Part shown: positions 1 to 14,364 of the stretch, piece after piece | How positions within the stretch are numbered: the first letter of the stretch is position 1 | Layout of the letters: every line of letters begins with the position of its first letter | DNA from: a bacterium | Lineage (GTDB): Bacteria > UBA8248 | Length of the DNA stretch: 64,000 nt | Direction of reading: 5' to 3' | NCBI GenBank assembly: GCA_965213685.1 | Contig: CBDBZY010000064.1 | Span: 1,376,001-1,440,000, forward strand | The notes under the pieces: generated by a model | Databases searched by the model: none | The model's input: the letters and a program-made list of their open reading frames with translations, nothing else | Told to the model about the DNA's origin: nothing | Made by a program: the position numbers and the translations under genes

Positions 1-8
1 ACGCTTAC

Positions 9-105
9 GGAAGAAGGAAACGGTGGAGCTCCGTCGGTGTTCGTTGTCGATCGAGCCTCCGCGTTCTAAAAGAAGGCGCCCCGGAGCGGTTTGGTGTCCC
101 GGCAT
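9..105 (-). CDS. Possible first coding exon of an unidentified gene continuing off the left edge
   Basis: ATG at 105 opens MPGHQTAPGRLLLERGGSIDNEHRRSSTVSFF, followed by a consensus donor GTAAGC at 8-3; CpG-rich, promoter-like context. No recognisable domain. Confidence 0.35.
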
Positions 106-948
106 CGTCAAATCTACCACGCTTTTGCGGCAAACTGCTAGCGTTGTCACTCGCCTAGCTATCTAGGTTAGCCTCCGAGTGAGTGAAAAAATTTCTCAGA
201 TCGCTATCACGGAATGCGTAGGTGGCGCAGGGTGCGTCACTCTGACGCTTGATTGAACGAGTGGTTTCCATATTTGGAAGTTAGCTGGCTAATGATTTGG
301 ATTGGGATGGCACCCAGGTCTAGGTGTAGGCGGTAGTTACACGCTCCTTCGTGGCTTCGCCGCTCATAAGCTCCTGATATCTATAGTGTAACTGCTCCGG
401 CTTCAGTTGTGGGTCTTGCCATTCCATATTATGTTGTATATAGACCATACTGAATGACCGCAGTGAACTCCTCTTTCTAGAACAAGCTGGCTGACCATAC
501 CTAGAGTGATGGGAACATGTACTACGGAGGATTTGATACTGGAAAGGTAAGTGGAAACGTGCACCGATTCCCAGGCTTGGGAACGAGGCTAAGTACATGT
601 AGGACTTGCAGAAGCGCAAAAGTACGCTAATACATGTGGTAGTAATTAACCCTATCATTAGCCCTGTACCCACTACCCAGGCATTCCGCAGACGACCTCG
701 GCACGAGTGGGTAGCTTATCCATAGGCTTGTAGTTTTCTCGGGTGAACTTGTTCCTTCAGAGGCCCAGCCTCCCCCCACTAGGCGCGCCCTTCACAACGA
801 AAGCGCTTTTGAAACCGCAGGGAACAGAATCACAGCCTTTCACATTTGTCCACAATACAACTGCTAACCTAATATTCCAATAGTTTTTCTAGTATGTACA
901 GTCCGTCTAATAGACATGTTAATAAAAAGTTAGGTGTGGTGGAACAGT

Positions 949-1702
949 CTATTCTCGGGCAATGCTCTGGCCACCTGGCGCTTTGACTTCCTGCAAGGGA
1001 AAAGGAGAACGTGTGCATTACAACTCGTCCTAGTATGATATCTAGGTTCAGGTTTTTTACCTGTGCCTCCTGTACAAGGGCACACAGTCCACAGCACCAG
1101 GCGCACAGAAGGTCCTTGAAGCAAGAGCCCTGCAATACAATAGGTGACATTAGTGAAGGGGCATTCAAACGAACAATCAGGGAGTAGCACTTAGCGCATA
1201 CGAGTACCTTGTACCCCTGTTTCAGGCAAGTATGGGTATACAACTTTGTACACTAATCTATCACTAGCTATCACGCACCTTACCTTCAATCAAAGCACCT
1301 ATCTACTTGCCCTGAGCCCGAAGACAAACACTCAAACTAGCCCCGCAACCATTCATTGTGCAACCCGCTCCGCGAAACTCGCAGTGCAGGGCGGAATCAT
1401 TGCAAACGTACCTCGATTCCCTTCTGTTCACGGATCTTGCCTCGAATGGAGACACGGGTCCATAGGTTCAGACCTGGAACGAACTGTGAAAGAGCGCAGA
1501 GCACGCAACTGTCTCCCACAGCCTCGGCGTTCTTCCCGAACACATAGCAAGGGCAGAAATATGAGATGATACCTACGGCAAGAAAGGGGGACAAGTAACT
1601 GCACGCGCCAAGAAGAGCAGCAATCAAGAAGGGCACTGCCAACTCACAGGTTGAGCAGTCATTGAAGCACCCGAAGATTCCGTTGCTCCACTCGCGAGAC
1701 AT
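949..1702 (-). CDS. PLAC8: PLAC8/cornifelin-family cysteine-rich protein, 108 aa, 4 exons
   Basis: Exons 1702-1648, 1572-1412, 1129-1061, 990-949 join in frame across GT-AG introns: MSREWSNGIFGCFNDCSTCIISYFCPCYVFGKNAE...RGKIREQKGIEGSCFKDLLCAWCCGLCALVQEAQEVKAPGGQSIARE*. The WSxGLxGCFxD, CPC, IRxxxGIEGS and CCxxCALxQ motifs are typical of the family. The symbol denotes family, not proven orthology. Confidence 0.9.
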
Positions 1703-3297
1703 TCTGTCGAACTTCTTTCACACTTCGAGGACAGTACAGAAGAGAGTTGCAAATCCGAGACAAACGCACAACTGAGAAGAATTCGGGGGAACGCGTGCTA
1801 AAGGCAGTCTGTCTACATTCCTCACATACCAGGCGCCACACATCAAAGCGGTTGGGGGGCAACGAATCAGTTGGGGCTTACCCAAACAGCAATATACGGA
1901 GCATATATAACAATAGCCGGAGATATACAGAAAAAGCCACACCTTAGCACTTCCTGCTACACCCTTTCTTGGAGACGAGGCCTGCACTAACATGGCGACT
2001 GGCCGCCTAACAGAGCCCATACTTACATATGGCCGAAATGTTTTGGTAGGCGTCTAAGTGCCACTTGTATGCCATAGCTTCACTACAGAACCTTTAGCCA
2101 CTCTCTCAACCACCTTTCAATAGCTACATTGGGTTGATGTATAGTTCGGGACACGGCCAGTATCGCAGCCCCACCCATTCTTCGGATTATCCCTGTACAG
2201 CCACATTGCCAATGCACCGAAGCGTGGAGCTTTGTGGTCAATGCATGGTTAATTGCATTTTGAGTGCGTGTACTGGAACATCAAGCATGTGAACAGGTAG
2301 ACAATTCAGCAACAACTACAGTACGTTTGTATTTAGTAGGGAGTTGATTCAACGTGCCTAGTCAAAGTTGACCTAATGTGCACCAATAAGGCAACAATTG
2401 ATAATTGATGCAGAATGGCTCAGGTGAGCTCAAATGTTATAGGATACATACTGTGCAAACACTGCAAATTACACAATTAGGACTGCGTGTTTTACAGAGC
2501 TAGCCTACCAACATACTTGCCAGGAAGATTTGTGTACCCTTGTGCTACCATAGTAAGACCCACAAGTCAGATGAAGACCTACTATGCCTTAGTACTTTGC
2601 CCTGAATCTCCCACTCCTCCCCTTCACCCCCTCCCCACCCTGACTCTGAGGTGTGATGTGTAGTATAAGTGCACAGCCCTTGAATGTCATCACCATAGCA
2701 CAATTAGCACTGGTAGTTCCCCCATGAATAAATTCACCTGGTGAGATCATCAGTGCCTCCACACACACACACAAGGGTAGTCATAACTAGTATCTGATGC
2801 CCTCCAGTTCAATGTGTAACACCTCCAGATGGAGTAACTGATAAGGTCAGCTAGCTCACTTCTGCCTACAGTGCAAAATCCTAATTCACACCATATTGAA
2901 AGAGTGACCCCAACAAGGTAATTGCAAGGCAATATACTTACCTGTTAAAATTGTGTACACACATCAGATAGTCTTATCTTATACCTACATCTATACAGCT
3001 AGAACACTGTGGGCCTCTACAGACACTTTGCCGTAGGAAGGTCAATGAAGCTTTAAACAAGGTTCTAGTGTGGCAGTATGGAAAGATGTTGAACACAAGT
3101 TTCATAAACAAATGTAGCCCCACAGTCTCTATCAACATTCTTTTTTTCATGGCAGCAGTAGTATTATACATTTCCAGAGTCAGCAGAGTCTATCAGATGA
3201 GAGAAGATATGTCCATGTAGTTGCCATCATTCTTACCTTACATGTACTATCATACCTACGTCTGGTTGTGCATGTATGGGAGTTATGGCACTTGATG

Positions 3298-3349
<52 letters not shown>

Positions 3350-3649
3350 ATGTGCGCTTGTGCATGATTGTTAGCAACCTGGAGAACAGGATTAGCATTT
3401 TAGGTTCTCAAAACCTGGAAGTTATAGAACTTACGGGCCCAGTGGGTGTACATCAATTTCAAGAGTGTGTAAACATATTCAAAATGGCAGAAATGTGGGG
3501 AAAACAAAAGAACAAACCCTAAGACTTTGTGTCATACATACATGTACACTGAGCTGAAACAGTCTGACCAAAAATGTAGGCCTACATACGTAGCTCATAT
3601 GGTAGGGTGTGAACTTACAGAAAGCTTAGAGTTTGTAGTCACCTGAAAG

Positions 3650-5050
3650 ATGCTGTAGAAGGAGACCTAAAAAGATGATACTTGTTCAGTACTTACATGT
3701 ATTTCATGGTCAAATGCATACATGTAGAGTAGCAGTGTTGTTGATCACATGTTGTGGACATCTTCACACTTTTGCATCACAAACCAAACACTGTCCACAA
3801 TTACACCATTACATATGGGAGCATGGACTCAAAGTTGGGTAGGAAATGCATGTGAGCAACAAGGCATAATGCATTCATTCTTAATTAGATACAGAGATTA
3901 AAAGAGTGCATGGACTGAATATTTTGTTCTGGCACACCATATGCTAGTTCCCGCAACAAGTTATACAGGTAAACCAAATGCAGTACCCCTTGGACCATTG
4001 TGACCTAAACACGTGGCTTGGCTTTAGAAAAGCACAACTGTGGATACAAAAGGTGCACTATTGCAGTATCTGTCAACTCTTCAGTCTAGTCAAATTTCCC
4101 CTGTTCCTCTTCTTGTTTGTTCTTGTCTATCTGCTTCTAGCTGTTTTCCCTTCTCTGTATCTGTTCTCTTCACTTGCTGCTCAGTTCTGAATCACGAATG
4201 TTCTTCCCTCCAATGTTGTTTTCTTTTCACATCTTCCTCTTTTTGTGTGCTCACATTAGTTGTTAGTACACTGGCTCTTCTGAACTGTTTTCATTGTTCT
4301 TTTCAGAGCTGAGCTGAAATTGCAGGTCAATTAATGATATCTTCCATGCACATGTCATACTAAACCTCTACTTGTGTTGTGGACACACTCTGACCATCTA
4401 GTGAGAGTTTGAATCAGGTACTTCAGACGGTACAAGTACCTTACTAAACTGAATTCAAGAATTGTTGTATAGCGTCTAAGGCCTGGATCAACATTGATTA
4501 CACTTCTAATATCTGAATATGTATGTTGTGAAGATTAGGGTCATGCATGAATAGGAAGTGAAAACAAATCTCTCTCTATATGATATCCCTCAACAAGAAG
4601 AGAAAGGCAGATGAATTTGTGATGGTTCTAAGGGCCAAGTGTAAAAAAAGGCATGCTTTGTGGGGCTCATTAAGGCTTGCAATGTGAGCTACGTACGTTC
4701 TCAGTAGATGAGACCCATTCTTTCACCTTCTCTTGTGAATCTCAACAACATATCTTGAACCAACCCCAATACATAATTATGTTGTCTGCTGTGATGTTCA
4801 CCCCAATGTAGCAAACACATGTATAACTCACTGGCATTTAGTCTTTCTTGACAATGAATCATGACTGGATAGACATTACAAACGACCTCATTTGCCCAGC
4901 ATTTGTGGAAATGTATTAGACCAGGAGCTCATAAGTGCCTCGAAGTGGCACTAATGGACTTCTGGTCACATTTCCACAGATGGTTGGTGCCGCTTTGCAG
5001 CACTTATGGGCTCCTGATTAGACTATGCCAGCCATTGCATTAAGGATGTA
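3650..5050 (-). pseudogene. Possible heavily decayed DNA-transposon (Academ-type) coding remnant
   Basis: Broken minus-strand fragments such as KSVK...CDQQ..MH (near 3720-3790) and QEKVKEWV followed by a GT donor (near 4700) loosely recall Academ-type transposases; many stops. Weak. Confidence 0.2.
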
Positions 5051-6199
5051 CTACATCACTGGTCTGAGAACACACCTGAACAGTGAAAGAATTGAGATAG
5101 TTGAGGACAGAAGAATAGTTTGTGCACATGTGAAATTACTGATTTTGATGCAGGTACAAGTGAATACAGCTCAAACGATTAATCATTTCACCTTGAATTC
5201 TATGGGGATCATTTAGAAGATGACAACAGTGCATAAGAAATAAACATCCATCCTGTTAACCTTTGCCTCCTGAATCTCTCCTCTCCCCTGGATGGTACCA
5301 TTAGTTCAGCAGTTTCATTAACAAGTGGCTCGGCAGATCTCTTCCAGCTGGGGATGGAAAATGCTACCTCTGCACATCCTTCATTGTGTGGTTCTCCTGA
5401 TCCATGCAAAGTCTAGCCATGGTCCCTTGAAAGCGTTGCACCAGTTATGTGAGTGACGCGGTTGCTTTCCACCTGATTGCTTTAACAAATGACCTGGAGT
5501 ACATCTGATTGGTGTTAGGGAGCTGTGCTGCCAGACAAGTTATTTGAAAATCCATTATTTCAGTCATGAAGGATGATCTTTGGGAGTATGGATGTTCCTT
5601 TTGACTCGGAGCTTGCCAGGAAACAGGAAGTAAATCTGCTATTCATGTTATCTGGAGAGTCTCTATGAAAGTGAGAACATTGCTGTGTTCCTCATGGGTA
5701 CCTTACTTGCTCCAGTTTTACACATACAGGGAAGATATGTATGTATGCAGCCCTTTATTAGAAGTGAACCATTTTTGTCTTGTAAGGACCATGTAAAAAT
5801 CATGACGTTTGTATGCTATAGTCTAATTTCTTCACTTGATAGAACATAGCCACTAGAAGTTGCAATTGAAAATGACTTCAGGTTGTGCATTTCAGCTGAC
5901 ACATGAGTTATGGTTTGAAGCTGCTCTACTCGGAGTAACAATTTTCATACATTCCATTGCATGTGTTGTAACCCTTCTACTTTCCTTCGTGTGATGCAGT
6001 GCCCCAATGCTGCAATATGGGAGGAACTTGTCACAATCACATCATTTACATATGAGTTGCACTGTTGATAATCTGTCTTCATTCTTTGCACAGGTTCCTT
6101 GTGCATTTTATACCATATGCACACTCCACTCTATTAACCCTTACACATGTGTGGGGGTTAATCTGGTTGGTCTGCGTATATATTGAGGGAGTCTACTTG

Positions 6200-6900
6200 T
6201 GGACACATTTTCTTGGTAACTGTGGCCACTATGAACTTCAAACTTGAAGAACAGGAAAAGTGTCACAGTACCACAGACCACACTCTTCCACTCAGCACCA
6301 CATAAAATACACTGCATCTTGCTAGCCGATCACCTGTACCTGCCTATTTTTTCATTCAAACGGGAGTCTAGTTCCTGCATATGAAGATACCTTTGAACTC
6401 CATGTTCCCGCTGAACCTATTGCTCAAGACTTGCCTAATTTCACTCGATACTTCTTACTCTCTCTATTACATTCTTCTACACTTGACAAGTACAAACGCA
6501 TGCTAATAATATATTTGCTCCAAGACTTCTGTCCTATTCTCTGAAGTTTAACATTCCACTTTATAGCTGCTTTGGATGCCTCTCTTCTGGCATGAATGCA
6601 AGCTATACAACCATTAAAGTATAACCCTGTCCGTCTGATTTTTTAATATCCCTAAACCTATATTTCCTCTGACTACCTCATTAGATGAACACACAAGGTT
6701 TGTTGTCCTTGCTTCCCCCTAAGAGAATGGACTAAGAACAGTCACCACATTATTATCACTTTTCCAAACCTTTCCAAAGTACTGTACTCCATACTAGGTC
6801 AATCTAATGACTGAAAGAAGTAACAGCCTTAATGTACTTATTTCATGTTGCTGATAACACTATAAAGCTGATTATTTCGAATTACCAATCATCTTTAAAT
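6200..6900 (-). mobile_element. Decayed LINE 3' fragment (RT C-terminus and Zn-knuckle remnant)
   Basis: Frameshifted minus-strand fragments PSMEY, GRYR and CILCGAE resemble the C-terminal part of non-LTR ORF2. Confidence 0.4.
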
Positions 6901-7914
6901 GTACATTCTATCCTTCATTATATATACGTAGTCTGAACACACCCCTCCAGTCTGCATACTCCCTCCATTACTCTAAATGTGGCATCAGACCATTACACTT
7001 GCAGCCACACACCACATCTCAATGAGGCGAAAGTGGCTGGAATGTTTCCAACAACCTTTCACCCTGGACATTCATCGGGGGAAGTGGAGTCATGGCCTCC
7101 GGGGGGGATGGGTAGGGCTGATGAGCATTGTATCGCATGACCTGATGGTCCTGGGTAGCAGTATCTAGCCATTAAGATTTCAGATTATTCCAATTTCAAG
7201 AATGGGTGCTCAATTAACTGCAGCTTCTGTGCTAGTTCTGACAAGTTAATATTGTGCATGTATGCATCTGTGTGTGACTGTATGAGTAATGTTATGCTAC
7301 AGATGTAGTAAATTGGTATGTAAGGTATATTGCCACGTGGTCACCCTGTATAAGTGCCTTTGCCTACATTACCATTGTTGTACAAAATTGTGCCTGTGCT
7401 TAGTTTGTACAGACAGAGCACAATGTAAATGGATGACCTGCAGTTATGGAAAGCACACTGGATGCATATATAGTACATATACTCCACATTCACTCCATCA
7501 TTCAGCCAATTGCTTTCCTTTACTGGACACTGCTAAAGGCATTGTAGATTACACCTGATCAGCAAATTAATGCCTTTTCTGCATCACTGTTGCTGGAAAC
7601 GTTAATTTAACAATAAGTTCAGAGAGACCTGTCTCCTGGAATATGAAGTGGTGGTGATATTAGTTATACATGGATTTCAGCGACAGTCATGTGCATAAGG
7701 GATGGTTATGCATGTGTTTCACACGTACGTACTATGCATTAGGAATGTAATAGTGTTGCATGTATTGATGTGGCTCTTTGGTGGCTGCATAAGTTAATGA
7801 ACGTTAAGGAAAACGTCATTTTAGCTGGCTTTCCTACGTATTTCATTGTAAGGTAAACGCTGTGGAATGAATTCTGTTTCTTGCTTTTGTTTGATAAACT
7901 TTCATTTTAAGTAC

Positions 7915-8200
7915 TACCATACCCAGCTGACAAAGGTATAAGTTAGTCTGCTAGTATCAACTGGACTTGATCTGTTAGCTAAATCTTTATATTGCATGTG
8001 CAAACTACCTGGTTGAAGTTGTAGGGTACTACAGCAAAGTTTTGTAGTGCAAATAGCATGGCTAGCAGGCTAACCCAACTGTTGCACCTTTGCAGCTGGG
8101 CATGGTGGTGCTTCCATGACATCATGACATAAGAGTGAGATCCTGTAATTTTGGGTGCAGCTTTTACTCTGCACCTAGCAACTATTAATTTCTGGTTCAC
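7915..8200. repeat. Dispersed repeat family, copy 1
   Basis: The block CCCAGCTG.CAAAGGTATAAGTT.GTCTGCTAG...GTTGAAG..TACT.CAGCAAAG...GCAAATAGCAT recurs at about 51085-51400 (+), 41510-41700 (-) and partly at 50404-50620. Confidence 0.7.
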
Positions 8201-8394
8201 TACACTGCAGTCAGTTGGAAAAGAGTGTGTTCGAGCAGCATCTAACTTCACTGTACTATTGTGCATTATGAGTTAGCCAGTTCGATACAGTGAGGTAGCT
8301 ACTCTAGCTCAAGGCGGCTAAGAAGCTTGCAAGAACAGTATCCCCCTTTAGTGTGGTCTACTATTTTGTAAGAAAAATGACATGAAATATTTTC

Positions 8395-8620
8395 TAAAAA
8401 TGTTAAGGGATGTAGGGATGGCTGTGCCAAAAACCACGGCAACTATATAGGTGTAGGGATAGCAGTATGCAGGCCAGACAAGTTATACAAAGACTACACA
8501 AGTATCCCCATCCCTGCATCAACTTTAAAATGCTATTCCCAGTAATCCCATAGCACAACTCACATAATGATGTCAGGTATTAAAAAAGTAGGGATGGGGT
8601 TACTTGTCTGGTCTTTGAAT
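8395..8620. repeat. Diverged copy of the palindromic MITE family seen at 53738
   Basis: AAAATGT..AGGGATGTAGGGATGGC.GTGCCAAAAACCAC is shared with 53760 and 58940; partial inverted arm near 8585-8620. Confidence 0.7.
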
Positions 8621-8986
8621 AACATGTCTTGGATATGGAAAGGAAAGCAAACGATGAGGAAGTGTGGCTTGCTCAATATAGAGTTGCACAGTCATTTATT
8701 CATTCAACAAGCTAAAACTGGCAACCACATGTAGGTGTTTGAAGTAATAAATTTCATTACCGACAAAAAATTGATGTAAAACAATAATTATAAAATTCAA
8801 TTCATTATTCTCATTACTATAGAACTAGAGGTAAACGATTAGCAATTACAGTACTTGTATTGTGTGCACGATACAGGCACGTCACTGCGACTCACGTGCG
8901 TCCCCGCTATATAATTTACTGCATGCAGCTAGCTGCAAGTATATACTTATGCCCAAAAGAAGTCTGTTGTGCGATTCGCCAAAGCA

Positions 8987-11900
8987 ATGTCGGATGGGCA
9001 CCCCGAAGGAAACGCCCCTCCCCTCTCAAACTCTCAGATACAGAGGGCCAGAGAAGCAATTACGGTTCTGTCGAGTCTTCCTCTCCGGAACGGCAGGTCA
9101 ACAGGTAAGTCTTACATGATGTTGCAAAAAAACTATTCCAAAAACAGTACCAGCCACCTGGCAGGATTAGACAAGGTTGAATTTTCCAGTAGACAGTAGG
9201 CAGGTTTTGCTATGCATGTGCACAATCAGAACGTAATGATATGCATAGACTATGAAGTATTAGTGGTGTGTGTATAAGGTGGAATGCTTGCATACATCAT
9301 TACTTGCAGTAGGAATAGGTGGGATATAATTATGGATATTAGCTGATTTCCCCCTCTCCCTTATGCTATGTAGCTACATACTTTTGACGTAAAACATGTA
9401 CTTTGTTTTGCTGTGTGGGTGTCAAATTAACAATACTCCACCCTCACAAATGTGATTACTAATGTGCAATGCATATAGTGAGGTACATGCAAAACCTCTG
9501 TGTCCCTTCTATAGTTCCTCTCATGTATACCCAAGGCTGGGTCATTTAGACCACATAGCCCATCCTTAGACATGCAAGAGTGATAGGCAAGTGTGTTTCA
9601 GGTGATAGGTGTGACAGGCACAGCCGTTAAGGTTGGTTGCAGTGGTAAGGAAACCCTATGCTGTGGTTACTTGTACTTACCACATTGCATGCCCATGGGA
9701 AGTACATGTAACACTTATGTCACTTTCCATTTACAAGGCCAGCTCATACAGCCACATAGCCCCACTTTATGCACATGCAAGGGAGGATCTGAGGTGCTAC
9801 ATGTAATAGTGATGGAGGGTGAGAATGAGGCTGTGATAGTGTGGTGATAGGGTGCATGATAGTGGGGGTGGTAGTACAGCTGGAGTAATGCCAGTAGGAG
9901 TAAGCCATATCCCTCCCTCTGCATGAATATTCAGCATAACCAAGTGTTACCTTTATCCCCATGCAATAAGTCGAACTCCTCCAATTATTGTTTAATGTTG
10001 TATTCCAAATAAATATTACAGCTACTAGCTCCCATATAGCTATACTGAAAAAAAAAACAACCCTTGTCGTCCTTACATAAGGTGCCATGCGCAACTCAAC
10101 ACACAATTATTATTGTATATGTATACCCACAGTAACTAAAATCTTATAATTACGGTACAAATGTGTAGTATATCCATTGCCTGGTATCTTATACATAACT
10201 ATCTACATCATGTGTTGTTAGGTGTAATTGTAAGACTCTACTAAACAAGGTATACACATTCTATTGCATGACATTGTGAAAAATGTAACATCTAGATGCC
10301 GTGGTTTGTATGCATGTAGTCATACATCATCAAGTACTAGCAATATGTACACATTACAGCTGTTTCCACCATTTTTCTGCTAAAAGTGAGCTGTGACTAT
10401 TCAAGTATGGTTTGTATTCTAAGTCTGTACTACAGTACAATGTGTAGGCAGTGGATGGTCTACATGAGTGATGAGAGTTGATACCCTCAAAGACAGACGC
10501 CCCCTCTTGAATAAATGCCGGGACCCATTTAAACACCAGGTCAACATGTACACTGTCATGAGAGAAATAGGCACCCAGGCATCTATTCAAGATATTTTTT
10601 TCTCAGCTGCATGCTGAGACTGGGAGTGTGTATATTTTTTGTACCCTGTTGTTGTGGTGTTCAAAGGCAGTAAATAGCTTGGGCTTTAATTACTTCCTGC
10701 CCTCAGTGTATATTCCATACGGCCCGGACTACCGTGGTATAACCAGTACATAAGCCTTTGAGGCTGTTGTAAATTTTCAGTGATTGTTTACTTCTTTCTT
10801 TTCTGTCTTCCTTGTCTTCTTTTCCTTCCTTCTTCCTTTTAATGTAGTGTAATAATTGTTCCTTTTGTAATTACTTATAATTAGACACAACAGTAGTGTA
10901 TGAAGGTTCTCTGGAATGTTACATAAATATGTCACCTGAAGGAAGTTGATAATCATTTTCTCACTTACTTTCTTGAACCACATGAACTCCATTCTTACAC
11001 AGGAAGTGGAGCATCTGTGCAACCTTCTGTTCCACCACGATAACCCTCCACATAACAGACCTTTCCACTTCGAGTCATCTGCATCAACAAGCCATTCTGC
11101 AGCTTTACACATGTCATCCCACTTTGATGTATCCCTACCCAGAGCAGAGTCTGGAGGTAAAGTTAAATTAGTAAATATGAATGTGAATTTAATTACCACA
11201 CGTATGTTCACTAAGTAGTTGTTATCCACAGGTATTCAAGGTCGATGTGATGAAGCACTCTCTCGACTTCAGAACATAAGAGCATGCAGGAAGACAAGAC
11301 ACGAGAAGTAATTTCAGAAGTGAAGCTCGTGCTATGTTACAACAAGCCCAGAAGCGTCGTGGCTCCATCCCAAAAAAGGGTGGCAAACGAAGGAAGATTG
11401 TTTGGAAGCATAATTTTTTTTGCTTGGCATACATGTACGTAGGTCAAAATCAATTGCCAACCACTGAAAAGGATAAAAATGAATTATTTGAAGCAGGCCT
11501 TGGTGAGAAAGAAATTGAATTTGAGCAGTTGGATCTTTCTCCAGAGGAATTTCGGAAAATAATCATTGACAATTTCCCACAGTTAGGAGATGCTGGTGGA
11601 TACCAATTCTGTAAGTGCATTCCCAATTCACGAAAATTTGAGCCTCTTTCAAGCCAAGTGATGGCATCACCACTCTTGCTACGGCAACGTGTGGGTACAG
11701 CACGTACCTTATTGTACCACTTCAAAAAGATCTAGATTTAACTCCACTTGATGCTCCACGCACTTTTGTGAGTTTCTTTAAAGATGTATCATTCTGGCAT
11801 GAATACCAACTACATCTTATTGCTACATATACAAGTTGTATTGTAAATGGCTTAGTGTATTTGTTTATGTTTAGATCTATTCTTTCATTACTGCAATAGC

Positions 11901-14169
11901 TTACAGAGACATGTCTTAGGTGTGGCATGGAAGTGGAGTTTGCTAGACTTTCGGAACATATTGCAACATGCCAGTGAGTGTGTGTGTATACATAAACTGT
12001 CTGTAGTTTATACACTCTATTACAAGTCATCTCTGTTCTGCTTAGGACTCACCCACCAGAGACTAGATCGAATGAGGCACTTGATAGTGATGATGACTTT
12101 CAGGCTTTGCCACCTTGGCCAACCACTGTGGAGAGAGAGAGCTCTACTGTACATTCTAATCAGTGTAATGTTAATGAAAGGTAAGAGTGGATCATGTACT
12201 GCATAAATATAATTATTGACATTGTGGGCTGTTATATGGTTTGTGTTTTTGCAATGATAGAATTTACGTTAACAGTGACTTTTATATTCTCTTAGACCAG
12301 CTGAACACATAGACCTAACTGGAGACGAAGCAGCTACAGAAAATGATATTGTTAATGCTGTAAAAGAAGAAAGTCTGTGTGAAGCATACGGTCCACAGGC
12401 TCCTCCATATAGTCCATTCACACCTATTGACTTGGAGTAAGTGACAAATAACCTTTAGTTTGTACACAAGAACACATGGAGTCATATGCACTCCTATGTA
12501 CTGACATGTTTCAGATATACATGCTTCCATATTCATAGGTTGGTTAATGAAACCACCCCACAAAACCTCCCTGATTTAATTAAGATACTGGAACAAAAAA
12601 TACTTGCTGAAGAAGTCTCCATTCTTGTGAGAAGAGATCACGTACTGGAAGATGCCATTGGAAGTATGAAACGAAAGAATTTTCCATTTGATCGTAAGTT
12701 AAAGGTAGGAATGCAGTATGCATATATTTCCTTGATGCTGCAGGTACCATCATTATTTTGGCTGTACATGTTACTAGGTGCAGTTTCTTGGGGAAGTTGG
12801 TGAGGATGAGGGTGGTCCTAGAAGAGAGTTCTGAGCACTACTGGGAAAAGAAGTTAAACTCCTTTTTTGAAGGAGAAGGGTCCAAACGTTTCTTGAGATA
12901 CGATTCATTGTTTTTGCAGGTGCATGTTTTCTTCTCATACACCTCCATTTCCTCCTCCTCCTCCTCCTCTTCTTCTTCCTTCTCCTCTTCTTCCTTCTCC
13001 TCCTCTTTATCCTCCTCCACCTCCTCCTCCTCACCCTCCTCCTCCTCCTCCTCACCCTCCTCCTCCTCCCCCTTCTTCTTCTCCTCCTCCTCCTCCTCCT
13101 CCTTTTCCTCCTCTTCATCCTCCTCTCTTTGCGTCCTTCTCCATTTCCTATTCTTACAAATTATACCTTTGCTATTTTTGATAGACAAACTGGTACTTCT
13201 GCATTGGAAATCTGATGGCCATGAGTGTGGTTCATGGAGGAAGTGGCTTCCAATTCATGGCTCCACCAATGTACAAGTATCTGTGTGAAAGTGAAATACC
13301 ATTAATTAGTATGGAAATTGATGACATACCCAACGCTTGGCATCTTCTACAAGAGGTAAATTTAAAGCAACAATTACATTGCAACCAATATTAAATAATT
13401 TATTCCAATAGATTGAGCAGGCTTGTGACAACACAACACTTCAACAGATCTGCTCAAACAGCATGGATGTTTTTTTTAGATTCAGGTTACAGCAAACTTG
13501 TTACCTCCATAAGTGTGGACACAGAAGACGAACTTGTCCACTCCCTAAAATTTCACTATACACTCTACCGTACCAAAGCAGCACTAGACCAAGTAAAGTC
13601 TGGCTTGAGCATTCTTGACGTGAACAAGGCCATGTCTACCTATCCTGACATATTCAAAGATAATTTTCTACACACAAGCAATCTTCTCACTGCAGGTAAG
13701 CCGAGAGGACTGTAAATGTTTTTTTTTGAGTAGGAATAAATGTCCTATGGCTGGAACATTGAAATGTGTTCTATATACACCTACAGAAACTATCAAAAAT
13801 CTGATTAAAGAGGTGCACTTTTCAGAGAGGGGGTCAAATGAGAGGCTGAAGGAGGAGGCAACTTTCATGTTATTCATGGACCTACTCCATAACTTTGAAG
13901 GTAATACTGAGGTCTTGTTCACTTGCTATAATGTTTTTATTTGATTACGTCTTCACCTGCAGATGGAGAAGTCCCAGACACTTCCCTTGAAATAGTTCTT
14001 AGCTTTTTTACTGGAGCAGAAAATGTACCTCCATTAGGGTTTGAAAGGGACGTGGAAGTATGGTTCAATCATGAGAGCCAATTTCCTATGGCTTCATAAT
14101 CAGGCAGACCTCTTCCAAGAGAAGATGGTTTATGCCCTACATAACCATGGAGGCTTTGGGCTGTTTTAA
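8987..14169 (+). pseudogene. G2E3-like HECT-domain E3 ubiquitin ligase pseudogene (multi-exon)
   Basis: Spliceable fragments: VRRDHVLEDA...RKLKVQFLGEVGEDEGGPRREF* (in-frame TGA near 12832), GNLMAMSVVHGGSGF, AALDQVKSGL, FSERGSNERLKEEAT, VLSFFTGAENVPPLGF, FPMAS*...GGFGLF*. Frameshifts near 11300, 11720 and 13475; the catalytic Cys segment after FPMAS is missing. The 5' exon 8987-9104 (donor GTAAGT) is tentative. Confidence 0.8.
12941..13128. repeat. Polypyrimidine (TCC/TCT)n microsatellite within a HECT intron
   Basis: About 190 bp almost purely C/T between donor 12920 and acceptor near 13183; it generates spurious poly-S/P/E/R ORFs. Confidence 0.9.
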
Positions 14170-14344
14170 TTAGTCTGTACATGGCAATGAATTAGTAATT
14201 GTATACAGTGTAAATGAATTTGTTGACAAGGACATAAAGTCATTAGTGCTCTGGACATTCTCTTCAATGCAACAAATATGGCACGTGGTACATTAAGTTC
14301 AGTGAAAGATATATGCGTTTGGAGCACTCAGTAGCACTCTGCTA

Positions 14345-14364
14345 AAGCCTCTTGGCATTCCGTA
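14345..14364. mobile_element. Orphan IS3EU-type right terminus
   Basis: Reverse complement reads TACGGAATGCCAA, matching 11/13 to the TIR TATGGAACGCCAA of the element at 16034. Confidence 0.45.

Noticed and set aside
8634-8650. TATGGAA as the left end of the HECT-bearing element
   Set aside because: The match to the right end stops after 7 nt and no 6-bp TSD is shared.
12758-13288. Poly-Ser/Pro/Glu/Arg ORFs
   Set aside because: Translations of an intronic (TCC)n microsatellite.
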